Assembly (NCBI GenBank): GCA_038087875.1
Contig: CM075977.1
Coordinates: forward strand, 122,822,001 to 122,886,000
DNA length: 64,000 nt
Reading direction: 5' to 3'
Source: Malacoraja senta
Lineage: Eukaryota
Positions 13,559 through 24,236 of this stretch are shown one piece after another (position 1 is the stretch's first letter; every line of letters starts with the position of its first letter). The translations under genes and the position numbers were made by a program. The notes under the pieces are model-generated. The model was not told the origin of the DNA, searched no databases, and saw nothing but the letters and a program-made list of their open reading frames with translations.

Positions 13559-14054
13559 CTAGACCAAGTGCAGACCCGTTGGTTCTGGTCCCCGAAAGTG
13601 CTTGACACCCCGGGGTGTTGTTCCCGAACGTGCTTCAGACCCCTGGGTGAAAATCGTAGAAAAAAAGATGGCGTCGTTTTCGGATAAGAAATCGGAGAAA
13701 ATCGGCAAAAAAAAGATGGCGTCGTTTTCGGAGAAAATCGGCGAAAAAAAGATGGCGTCGTTTTCGGAGAAAATCGGAGACAATCGGAGAAAATCACATG
13801 GGGGTGGGGGGGGGATGGATTTTATTTTTAAAAACGTGTACATAAACACGACCGAATTTAATCAGGAGTGGCTATTCGTAAAGATAAATGTCATCTCTTT
13901 GGAAATGGTAAAAAAAATGGGACTTTCCGCGCGCTGTGTGGGCCAGGGGCGGTATCAAAGGCGGCACAGGTCAAGCAGAACGTTGAACGTATGGATGTAC
14001 AGACGTACAGACGGACGACAGCCAGAGAGTTTTAAAAGTATATAGATAGATAGA
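13559..14054 (-). mobile_element. Non-autonomous Helitron 1
   Basis: minus strand begins TC(tatc)n and ends CTAG before T; subterminal hairpin (plus-strand agacccgttggttct) about 10 nt from the 3' end. Confidence 0.75.
13655..13795 (+). repeat. Three-copy tandem repeat aaaaaagatggcgtcgttttcggagaaaatcgg inside Helitron 1
   Basis: direct inspection. Confidence 0.85.
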
Positions 14055-14074
14055 TATACTAAGATTTTATATGT

Positions 14075-15809
14075 AGTTTATAATGTTTTAAATATTTTCT
14101 GATCTGTATTTAACAGGGAAATTGCTCTGTATGATCCCGAGTCTTCCAGATCTTTGTCTTTTTTGGGTATCAGTGTGATAGTTGATTCGGCTAAGGTTTG
14201 TGGTAGCATCTGTTCTTTAAATGCGTGTATATAAAGGTTATGTAAACGCGGGGAGATTACATCATAACATTTTTTTATAGAATTCATTACTAAACCCGTC
14301 TGGGCCTGGTGTTTTGCCATTCTTCAATGAATTGATAGTCTCTTTGATTTCTTTAATTATAATCTGCGTTCCACCACGTTAAGTGACGGAAGATTACAGT
14401 TATCAAGGAAGTTTGTAATTTTTCTCGTTTCTGTTGATGTTTTGGATGTATATATATTTTGATAGAATTGGGCAAATCTTTCGTTAATATCTTTTGGAAG
14501 TGTGAACAGTTCACCTTTTTCTGATCTGAGTTTTTGAATAGTATGATCCTTTTCCACTTTTCTCAACTGACGTGCTAGAAGTTTATGCGGTTTGTTGCTG
14601 AATTCAAAGATTTCCTGTTTAGTAATTTGAAATAGCCTGATAACTCTTGCAGAGAGAATTCAATTTAGCTTGAATTTTAATACTGCTATCTTATTATGTT
14701 TATCCATAGATGGATCTGTCGCATTTTCTGAATCCAGCTGTCTGATCTGTTCTTCTAATTGCAATTGTTCCATCCTGTTCTTTTTGTTTTGATATACTTG
14801 ATATGAAATGATAGAACCTCTAATAAAGGCCTTAAAAGATTCCATAATAATAACGAAGCCAAAATACCTGGAGTATCATTGGTCTCAAAAAATAATTCCA
14901 TCTGTTGTTTTAAATATTCACAGCAAGCTGGGTTAGTTAGTATTTGTGGATTAAACCTCCAGAACAATTTTGGAGAAGGTTAGCAGGGAATGATCGGAAA
15001 TAGTACTATTATGATATCTGGGATTAGTTGTAAAAGGTATTAATTTTGTGTCCACCAGAAAATAGTCAATATGTGTATAAGTTTTATGTATGGATGAATA
15101 AAAGGAATATTCTCTTCCAGATGGATTTGCAATCCTCCATACGTCTGTTATATTTGTGTTTTTTTATATACGTATTTAGGAGTTCGCTGGATTTTGATTT
15201 TGTGCTATATCTCTTTTGTTCTGAGGATTTATCTATATATTGATCCAAAGCACTGTTGAAATCTCCCCCGATTATCGGGTTTTGCTGGTTGGAATCTGAG
15301 ATTATATTAAAAATGTTGTTAAAAAATTGTGGATTACCAAAGTAGGGAGCGTAGATATTCACCATAGTAGGGTGAAGAAGGGTTTCGGCCCGAAACGTTG
15401 CCTATTTCCTTCGCTCCATAGATGCTGCTGCACCCGCTGAGTTTCTCCAGCATTTTTGTGTACCTTCACCATAGTAAGTGGGGTAGAATATATTTCCCGA
15501 GATACTATGACGTACCTACCATCTTTATCTGCTATGGTGGTTTTATGTTTAAATGGTATACCCTTACGAATTATAATTGCAGTACCTCTTGTTTTGGAAA
15601 GTGGAGTGATATATTTGACCAATCCAGTTAGCCTTCAGCCTGATATGAGCTCGATCTTTGAGATGCGTCTCCTGTAAAAATATTATATCAGCATTAATCG
15701 ATTTTAATTGGGCAAGAACCTTACCCCTTTTAATTGGCTCATTAACGCCCCTAATATTCCAACTACAAAATGTAATTCCTCCAGTTTTCTTCAGAGGGTC
15801 GTCTTGCAT
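14075..15809 (-). pseudogene. L1-A ORF2 N-terminal part (APE endonuclease to start of RT)
   Basis: MQDD..FCSWNIRGVN..IIFLQETH, NIYAP, IGGDFN, WRFN, ITLIPKKDKD..SYRAISLLN. Confidence 0.88.
15370..15464 (+). mobile_element. Penelope-derived short element (GTT-site subfamily) with 12-bp TSD
   Basis: tgaagaagggtttcggcccgaaacgttgcc; TSD ttcaccatagta on both sides. Confidence 0.85.
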
Positions 15810-15943
15810 TATAGCTTACATGGTTTCCCTTGTTTCAGATGGGGCAACACAGTATATAAAATCAACATTCTGGTTGGTGGGTGGGTGATCCCAATTGCAA
15901 ATCCCTGCAGGTATATCACAAGAAAAAGTGCCTTGAGAAGAAG

Positions 15944-16920
15944 TGGCGGCGCTGTCGTACAGCAGCGGCTCGCCTGCAGTCCGTCTGTTTTTACTTTTTT
16001 TGTTGTTTTCTTTTGTCCTGTTTCAGTTAAATTTTAATTTATTGGGTTGTGTATGTGTGGGGTGGGGTGGGGGGGTGAAACATGACTTTTGTCTCTTCCT
16101 TCGGGGGAATGCGACTTTCTTGTCGTGTCCCCCTTCTCTGCCTCCGTCTGCGCTGAGGCCAAAATGGCGGAGCTGCCGGCCTCCAACTCCAACTGCGAGC
16201 GAGCGAGCGACCTCGAGGCTCCGGAGGCAGAGCCAGGACTTACCAGCGCGGGGCTGGCCGGCTTCGGGGCTGCGGTGGCGTTCCGGCGGTGGCGACCGAG
16301 GACACTGGTGGCGACCTGAGTCCGGAGGCTCGGCCGCAGCTGGCCCAGTGGACGACATCTTCGGGAGCGCGAGGCTGGCCAACTTCGGGGCTGCGGTGGC
16401 GTTCCGGCGGTGGCGACCGAGGACACTGGTGGCGACCTGAGACCGGAGGCTCGGCCGCGGGCCCAGTGGACGACATCGTCGGGAGCGCGCAGGTCATAGG
16501 TTGGTGACCTGTTTTTCTGGGGCTCGCGCAACTACAGCTGCGTCCGCTGGACTGGAGGGCGGCAAGCTTCGGCAGCTTCGACCACCCCGGGCCGCGGAGT
16601 TTGAGCCGGCCCGTCGCGGAGCACGGATTCGGCCGCTGGACTGGCTTACCGTCGCCCGGCGGGGTCACAGCGTCAGAAGCCTGGATCGCCTCAGCGCAGA
16701 GGGAGAAGAAAGCGGGAAGAGACAGAGACTTTAAGACTTTTGCCTCCATCACAGTGAGGAGGTGCCTGGTGAACTCACTGTGGTGGATGTTAATTTGTGT
16801 TTATTGTGTGTTTTGTCATTTATTATTATATGTATGACTGCAGGCAACGAAATTTCGTTCAGACCGAAAGGTCTGAATGACAAATAAAGGAATCTCTAAT
16901 CTCTAATCTCTAATCTCTAA
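15944..16920 (+). mobile_element. GC-rich non-autonomous retroposon (SINE-like, Rex/L2-type tail), copy A
   Basis: tail gaatgacaaataaagg(aatctct)4; internal 120-bp tandem duplication at about 16246-16490; shared hairpin 16745-16787. Confidence 0.7.
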
Positions 16921-17230
16921 TAAGCGAAAAAAGTGCTAAATAACGTAAATAATACAAAAAAACAGCGTTTGAAGACACTGTGCGTGCAGCCCACCCCCTG
17001 GTGGGATATTTCGTGCAAGCTTCCGTGGATGTTAATTACATTTAGCTCCGTCCCTTACAGAGTAATATTGGGAAAAAAACGGACTAAACAAGATATTATG
17101 TAAAAAGAAAAAACAGAACGCAGTCCGTAAATAATTTCCTCTAAGAGAGTTACATTTCTTCTTATAGTTTGCCTCTAAGTGGGTATTTACTATTAAAATT
17201 CCCTATTTAACTTTAAAAGTCTTGCTTATA

Positions 17231-18182
17231 GGGACTTCCGGTGGCGCTATGGAGGCTTGAGTCCAGCGCCAACTAGCTCCGTGCCGAAGAAACTAAAAAC
17301 GGGAGAAAATTGGGTCTTACCTGCAGCGATCGCGATCTGAACGGCTGCCTGCGTGACGTCATCAGGCGTGCTACTTTACGGTATGTCGTTACAACATACC
17401 CCCACCCGTGTGACACAAAAAAAAGCCGTTAAAGGGAAACTGCAGATGGAAGAGGAAGGCCCTACAGAAGCCTCGGCCTCAGTTACAACGACGGCCCAGG
17501 AAGACCCTCCGAAGAAAATAAAACAGAAAAAGTCTGAAATGGAGGATCTTAAAACTTTTCTCGTTGCCGAATTGAAAACCTTTGGAGAGAATTTTGGAGA
17601 GAATTTTAAAGAGGAACTTTACTCTTTTAAGGTAGATTTTAAAGCAGAAATGCTTTCTACAGTTCAACAAATACTGGAAATCTGGAAAAGGACGAGGGAG
17701 GAAGAGGTCAAGGATCAGATGGAAGCGCTGGAAGCCAGGCTCGTTTCGGTGGAAACGAATGTTAAAACGGAGGTGGACCCCATTCATCACGAACTTGATC
17801 AACATAGAACAGCGATAACCGAACTTGAGAAATGGGCGGCGACAAGTGCGGAAACTGTAAGTCGACTCCTCACTGAAAACCAACGCCTCTCCGATATGGT
17901 GATCAAATTAAGTGATAAATGTACCGATTTGGAGGGACGTCAAAGACGTAAGAACCTAAGAATTGTAGGGGTGAAAGAAGGAAGTGAGAAGGAAATGTGC
18001 CCTCGGGATTTTGTGGCAGACCTATTACAAAAAGCCTTAAAATTGGATCACAAACCTTCACTCGGTCGAGCTCATAGAGCGCAGCGGCGTCGTACACATG
18101 ATGATGCCCATCCAAGACAAATTATCGTAAAGGTGCAACTGGATCATGAATTTGACGATATAATGAAGAAAATTGTTCGAGG
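17231..18182 (+). mobile_element. 5' end of a second L1 (L1-B), running into the assembly gap
   Basis: start gggacttccggtggcgctatgg followed by an open ORF1. Confidence 0.85.
17383..18182 (+). CDS. L1 ORF1p (coiled-coil plus RRM), partial, cut by gap
   Basis: DLEGRQRRKNLRIVGVKEG, RAHRA, PRQIIVK; no stop codon before the gap. Confidence 0.85.
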
Positions 18183-18382
18183 NNNNNNNNNNNNNNNNNN
18201 NNNNNNNNNNNNNNNNNNNNNNNNNNNNNNNNNNNNNNNNNNNNNNNNNNNNNNNNNNNNNNNNNNNNNNNNNNNNNNNNNNNNNNNNNNNNNNNNNNNN
18301 NNNNNNNNNNNNNNNNNNNNNNNNNNNNNNNNNNNNNNNNNNNNNNNNNNNNNNNNNNNNNNNNNNNNNNNNNNNNNNNNNN
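18183..18382. other. Assembly gap (N run)
   Basis: N characters. Confidence 1.
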
Positions 18383-19658
18383 GTTTTTTTGAGGTGAGTA
18401 GGAGCATGGGTTCCAACTTTTTGCCAATATCTTCTTCGACCCATTTAATTTCTCCTTTCAAACGGGTGTTTACCTCTTCGATGTGAACTTCTGGATTGTC
18501 AATTTTTCCGCAAATTTCTTTATTCCCGACATCAAGTTTTGTTTCTAGATTTCCAAGCTTTGCAGTCAGAATTTCTCCAAAGTTTTTGCCATAGCCCGTC
18601 TTAAAGCTTGTTCTTGTTCTTGTATTTGCCCTTCCATGGTAAAAATAAGTCCTTCTTCCTCAGATTCTTCAGAAGTTTCTTTCTCTTTGCTCTTGCAGAA
18701 CCTGCAGTCGGGTTCTTTGTCTGGTCTGAGGTGGAGTAGGCAGAATCCGTTTATTCATTTAAAATACCAGTATCCAGTCGGTATATGTCAATTTCTGATG
18801 ACGTCACTTACGCGACATCGGGCATCTGCCGGTAAGTATTTTTCATTCGGTCCGTTTTTCTTTTCAGGTATTTTAACGCGTTTTAACGCGTTTTTCGGTG
18901 CAGAGCTTAAAGGAGCGCCTCTTACTGTTCCATGGCGCCACCGGAAGTGGAGAAGTATCTTTTAAGTTAATTATGCTTTTGGCAACTGATTTCAGCACAA
19001 AGAACACAGTCTTTATTCAATCTCTGGCTGGATCTCTGGGTCATATTTGACATAAGGATAAGCTTTTATGAATGAACTCATAAAGCAAACGGGCATGGTT
19101 GGGTAAGTTGGAGTTGACAGCATACCCACCAGATCGGAGATTGGGGGTGTTGAATATGTAAAAAGATACACTGAGCTTACTAGTACCTATGAAATGAAGG
19201 ATAGTTTCTTCATAGTTATTTAATAATTTCACAAGAGAACATTGGTGCAGACTATTTAAAGATGGATAGAGTGTAAGCAGCTAAAAGCGGGAGTGAATTC
19301 AAATAATTTCAAGTCTCACTCTACCAGGGGGGCTGGCTCGTTAGCAGCCAATAGAATGGAATTTCCCCTTTGATCATCTTGCAACAGCAGGAGGCTCAGA
19401 TAAGCGACACTTTCAGAAGTTATAAAATTTCGTTGAACATGTCTGGATGGTTGCAGATAGAGTTCTGAACAGTGTTGCATGAGCTATTGTCTAACCCAAA
19501 GGCAATTGGGACTGTGGTCCAATTAAGGGCAATGTACATGTATGTAAGCTAGCATCATGTTGTTAATAACCCATGCCTTTTCTACCATTTATGGTTTATC
19601 TGTTTAAGTGTTTCACACACAGATTGGTTTACTGCATGAAACCACCGAGCTTCGAAGG

Positions 19659-19768
19659 CTTCACGTAGTCTCTCACAAGACTTCGATATAAAATAGAAAG
19701 ATTAAACGAGAACTTACGGTTTGAAGTTTGATCTTTATTTTATGAGAAGTTGAAGTGAGGGACGACGT
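19659..19768. repeat. Internal complementary region (ICR) of DIRS-A
   Basis: reverse complement of the left terminus joined to reverse complement of the right terminus (cttcgatataaaatagaaagattaaacgag). Confidence 0.9.
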
Positions 19769-20689
19769 GCCCTCCACTCCCAACCCTGAATCTCACAAAG
19801 ATCATTCGGTAAGACAAGCGTTATTAATTTTTCTATAATTTAAGTTCGTGCAAGTGGGCTGTGGTTTCATATAGTTGCTTTGAAGATTGAAGCGCATGCG
19901 GGCTGGCGGGTTCTTCACGTAATCCCTCACTTCAACTTCTCATAAAATAAAGATCAAACTTCAAACGGTAGGTTCTCGTTTAATCTTTCTATTTCCCCTA
20001 CAAACTGTGTGCTGCACCTGCCTGCATACCTCTACGGAATAGTGTGCTGAAACAGGCTAAATACAAGATATGCTCTACATCCAGATTTTAGGACCCATTT
20101 TGTGAATTCAAATTCGTCCTTCAAAATATTGGGCCCAGCTTTGGATATCTCCTCAGCTTCGCACATTTGTGGGCACCATTCTGGAGTTGATTCCTCCTCA
20201 CAAGGTGTTGCATTTCCTTAGTCTGGACCTCATTATATCACAAACAATTCAATGTCCTTCAAAACTGCAAAATTGTAGTTATTTGCTAACGGTACGTGTT
20301 CTATTAAGGAAGTATCAAATAATTCTCCTTGTTCCTGGCTGTGAGAAGAGAACTCTGAGCAGTCGACTGTTTCACTGCTAGATGGGTTTCACTGTGCTTG
20401 GAATACAACAAATTCATTCTCAAGTGTTACATTAAGGGCTTCACTGTACAATAGAATTCTTTGTTCTTGTAGCCAACGGGATATAATAGTATCTTCACTT
20501 TCATCTGTTATGGTTTGTCATGTATCATCAGCTCAGTATGGAATGTAGAGATTTCACTGTTATGTCTACATTTTGTAGACAGGTCACTTGCCATAATATT
20601 CATGGTGTGGTATCATACTATAATCACACAGCTTTCAGCACACATCCACTTTGTATCTTAATTCAAACATCACTGTTGCTTGTAGACAT

Positions 20690-20856
20690 AAGGTACTGCA
20701 GATGTTGGAATCTTGAGCAAAACATAAAGTGCTGGAGTAACTCAGTGGGTCAGGCAACAGTCTGAAGAAGAGTCGTGGCTGGAAACGTCACCTATCTATT
20801 CCCTCCAGAGATGCTGCCTGACCTTTTGAGTTACTCCAGCATTTTGTGTTTTGTTC
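20690..20856. mobile_element. Partly palindromic Penelope-derived element with hammerhead-like core at about 20762
   Basis: agtCTGAAGAagagtcgtggctgGAAAcgtcacc flanked by inverted arms. Confidence 0.75.
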
Positions 20857-21156
20857 TGTATTATTTTCTAGGATACCAGCCAGGATACTAATAAAACATT
20901 TTATTAAACATGGGATCTTACAGAAACAGGCATCCTTTCCACAATGTATATCTGCTACATTAAGTCAAGAGGGCAATTGACCGATGGAGAAAGATGACTG
21001 GAAGTTTTTTCCCTGATCATTGCAGCAGCATATAAACAGAAAGCTGGTCACATGCTACATTCAGATGTTATACATTACAATTAGTACTAATAAGAAATAT
21101 TATTGGATAAATCAATTGTAATTAAAATGAACACATTTCCTAAATTTGAGATATAT

Positions 21157-21465
21157 GGGCGACACGGTGGTGAGGCGGTAGAGTTGCTGCCTTACAGCGC
21201 CAGAGACCTGGGTTCAATCCCAACTACGTGTGCTGTCTGTACGGAGTTTGTACATTCTCCCCGTGACCGCGTGGGTTTTCTCTGAGATCTTCGGTTTTCT
21301 CCCACATTCCAAAGACTTACAGGTTTGTTGGTTAATTGGCTTGGTAAAAATGTAAATCGTCTCTAGTGTGTGTAGGATAGTGTCAGTGTGTGGGGATCGG
21401 TGCGAACTCAGTGGGCCGAAGGGCCTGTTTCCATGCTGTATCTCTAAACTAAACTAAACAAAACT
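21157..21465 (+). mobile_element. V-SINE (HE1-like)
   Basis: tRNA head, V-domain, CR1 tail with (taaac)n. Confidence 0.88.
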
Positions 21466-22321
21466 AATTCATCATTAGAAATGGGTGAGGTGCCGGATGA
21501 TTGGAGGGTGGCCAATGGTGTGGCTCCCTGGGAACTTTAGACCAGTCAGTCTAACATCTGTGGTTGGTACATTATTGGAGTGGATTCTGAGGGATAATAC
21601 ATAGAAGCATTTAGATAGCCAGGGGTTGATTAAGGAGAGACAGCGTGGCTTTATGCATGGGAGATCGTGTCTCACAAATTTGATTGTTTTTTTGAATAAA
21701 TGACCAAGAATGTTGATGAGCACAGAATGCAGACACATCTATATGGACTTCAGCAAGACCTTTGATAAGGTTCTGCATGGCAAGCTGTTCTGGAAGGTTA
21801 AATCACATAGGATTCAAGAAGAGATAGCTAATTGAATACAGAATTGGCTTCATGGTAAGAAGCAGGAGGTGATGGTGAAAGGTTGTATTAATGGATTGGT
21901 GGCATGTGACTAGTAGTGTGCCTCAGGATCTGTGCTGGGCCCATTGCCGTTTGTCATCTTTAACAACAACTTGGATGGAATGTACAAGTACAGGATTAGA
22001 AAGCTTGGATATGACACTAAAATAAGTGGTTTCATAGATAGTGAAGATGGTCATCAAGGTACGGGAATTACAGATGGGCAAGTGGGCTGAGGAATGGCTA
22101 ATAGAGTTTAATACAGATAAGTGTGAGGTGCAGCATTTTGGGAAGTCAAACCAGGGCAGGCCAGTCACAGTGAATGGTAGGGTCTTGGCCTATATCATAG
22201 AGCAGAAGGATCCAGGAGTACAAGTGTATAGATTCCTGAAAGTGATATTGCAGATAGATGGGGTAGTGAAGAAGGCGTTTGGCATGCTAGCCTTCATCAG
22301 TCAGGGCATTGAATATAGAAG

Positions 22322-22451
22322 GAATGGGTGATGTTTTGTCCCAAAACGTCACCCATTTCTTCTCTCCAAAGATGCTGCCTGTCCCACTGAGTTACTGCAG
22401 AATTTTGTGTCTATCTTCAGTTTAAACCAGCATCTGCAGTTCCTGCCTACA
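22322..22451 (+). mobile_element. Penelope-derived short element with short 5' inversion and about 15-bp TSD
   Basis: TSD cattgaatatagaag / cattgaatatataag. Confidence 0.8.
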
Positions 22452-23271
22452 CATTGAATATATAAGTTGGGTCATTATGTTGTAAGAAAATATTGGTGAG
22501 TCTGAAATTAGAATATTGTGTTCAGTGTTGGACAGACTGCTATAGGAAATATGCTATTAAGATGGAAAGAGTCCTGGGAACATTTCAGAGGATGTTGCCA
22601 GGTTTTCAAGGCCTGAGCTACAGGGAGATGTTGGGCAGGCAAGGACTTTCTTCCCTGAGCATAGGAGGCTGAGGTGTGATCTTATGGAAGTGTAAAAAAT
22701 AATGGGAAATAGACAGGGTGAATGAACAGACTTTATCTCAGCATAGATGTATAGTAAGATTAAATGAGAACTTACCAAGTTTGAAGTTTGATCTTTATTT
22801 TATGAGGAGTTACGTTGGTGATTACGTGAAGAAGACCCGTCAGGACGCATGCGCGTCAATCTTCAAAGCAGCGGTATGAAATCACAGACAACACAATAAT
22901 TGAAGTAACATATTAAGATGAGCAACATGAGAACTACCATATGACCTTTTATGAGATATACGGTTGGGCGTGGCGGGCACGTAATCACCAACGTAACTCC
23001 TCATAAAATAAAGATCAAACTTCAAACTGGTAAGTTCTCATTTAATCTTACTATTTTACTTCGTAGTCACGTGAGTGACTACGTGAAGAGTTCAAAGCTC
23101 TGTGATTTTATGCCGCAGATTCAAATCCCGGCGTCTCACTGCATTGATTGACCGGATGAGAAACAATCAATAATGCGTTAAACATGAAATTTGAATATCA
23201 TGCAGTAACAATTGATTTGAATAATCAAAACAAACAGTAACCCCTCTATCCCAGGGGAAACTAAACAGAAC

Positions 23272-24150
23272 TTAATACTGAATTTGCAAACAGACCCCAT
23301 CGGCAATCGGCCGATGGTAAAAATTGTTGAAAAAACAATTCATTTGACCACCTGTAAGAATATGACCGATGGGAACATCCGTCACCCTGGCCGCTGACCT
23401 TGCTGCTGCACTAGTGGAATACGATGTATACCTGCCCGAATCCACTTGCTTTAACCACCTTGAGATAGTCTGCTCTGACACGCTCTTGTGTGGTTTCTTG
23501 TAACTTATAAACAATCCTATTTCCACATTTCATAAGGTCCTTGTAGCTTCAATATAATGTAATAAATGTGTCCTTACACATAAACATGGATCAGTAGGTT
23601 ATGCTGAAAACACAATTTTAAAACCTGTGACACCTGGCCTGCTCTGTTTGAGGAGGTCGTAAATATATAACATAACATTCTCTTCAGCCACTTCCATCCT
23701 GTCTGGCTGAAGATTTTGCAAAATCTGCACTCACTATGCTGAACCAATGCCATGAGCATTACCACCTTCATGGTGAGTTTTGTCAATTCAGAGACGTGAC
23801 AGGAACCTACTGTCGAAGCATCTTGAGGACCACACTTACATCCCAGATCGCCATATACCTGGGTTTAGGAGGTTTAGAGTTGAAATTCCTTTCATCAATC
23901 GAGCTATGATATGATGAAAACCCAATAGGATCTTTTCCTGACCCCATCAAAACATACGAGGACAAAGCACTTAGAGCTGTATTAATGGCAATATAACTGA
24001 GCCCCTCATCATCGTAAGGTGTCGACAGGAACTCTAAAATATCCACAATACCTGCAGTACTATAGTCAATATTATTTTGTACACAATATTGCTCCCATTT
24101 TTTACATAATTAATATACCGCTTTTGAGTACTCTTTCTCCAGGCTGCAGT
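23272..24150 (-). pseudogene. DIRS-B tyrosine recombinase (frameshifted)
   Basis: DILEFLS..GLSY.AINTALSALS; PPKPRY..WDVSVVL; LTMKVVMLMAL; TISRWLK. Confidence 0.85.
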
Positions 24151-24236
24151 GAGCATGTCCACCGCTCGCCCAGACAGTCCTTGCTCCAGGTATGGCCTTC
24201 TTAAAACCTGCAAATTAACTAGTCAATACGATCACA

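Larger units (their letters stand above)
12700..14070 (+). mobile_element. 5'-truncated non-LTR retrotransposon (RT C-terminal part plus 3' UTR; clade uncertain, RTE-X/L2-like)
   Basis: MYADDLVVFSPSSAGLQQLL near 12803; KVKYLGHLI..LYVQANILLRKF..YCTPLY..LW. Confidence 0.75.
10711..18947 (-). mobile_element. Full-span degenerate L1 (L1-A) inserted in the YR gene of DIRS-A
   Basis: A-rich tail at about 10711; ORF2 fragments (SWNIRG..LQETH; SYRAISLLNTDQKI; FKYLGV; GGLALPNF); TSD tggagcagaatctttt (10695-10710) / tggagaagtatctttt (18948-18963). Confidence 0.9.
6946..19994 (+). mobile_element. DIRS-type tyrosine-recombinase retrotransposon A (degenerate, with nested insertions)
   Basis: Left end ttttatatcgaagtcgcgtgagagactacgtgaagaacccgccagcccgcatgcgc; inverted copy at about 19886-19921; ICR at 19659-19768; gag, RT and YR remnants including KSHSTRGA near 19310; flanks rejoin an old CR1 at ATTT. 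Confidence 0.9.

Noticed and set aside
16750-16782. CACAGTG/CACTGTG pairs resembling RAG recombination signal heptamers (also at about 35288, 43469 and 62588)
   Set aside because: There is no nonamer at 12- or 23-nt spacing and no V/J segments; the motifs are part of a repeat-family hairpin
15943-16837. ORFs of 120-170 aa in several frames (likewise 43576-43939 and 62029-62478)
   Set aside because: GC-rich bodies of non-coding repeats; open on both strands
18058-18486. ORFs spanning N runs (also 48826-49167)
   Set aside because: Artefacts of translating through assembly gaps
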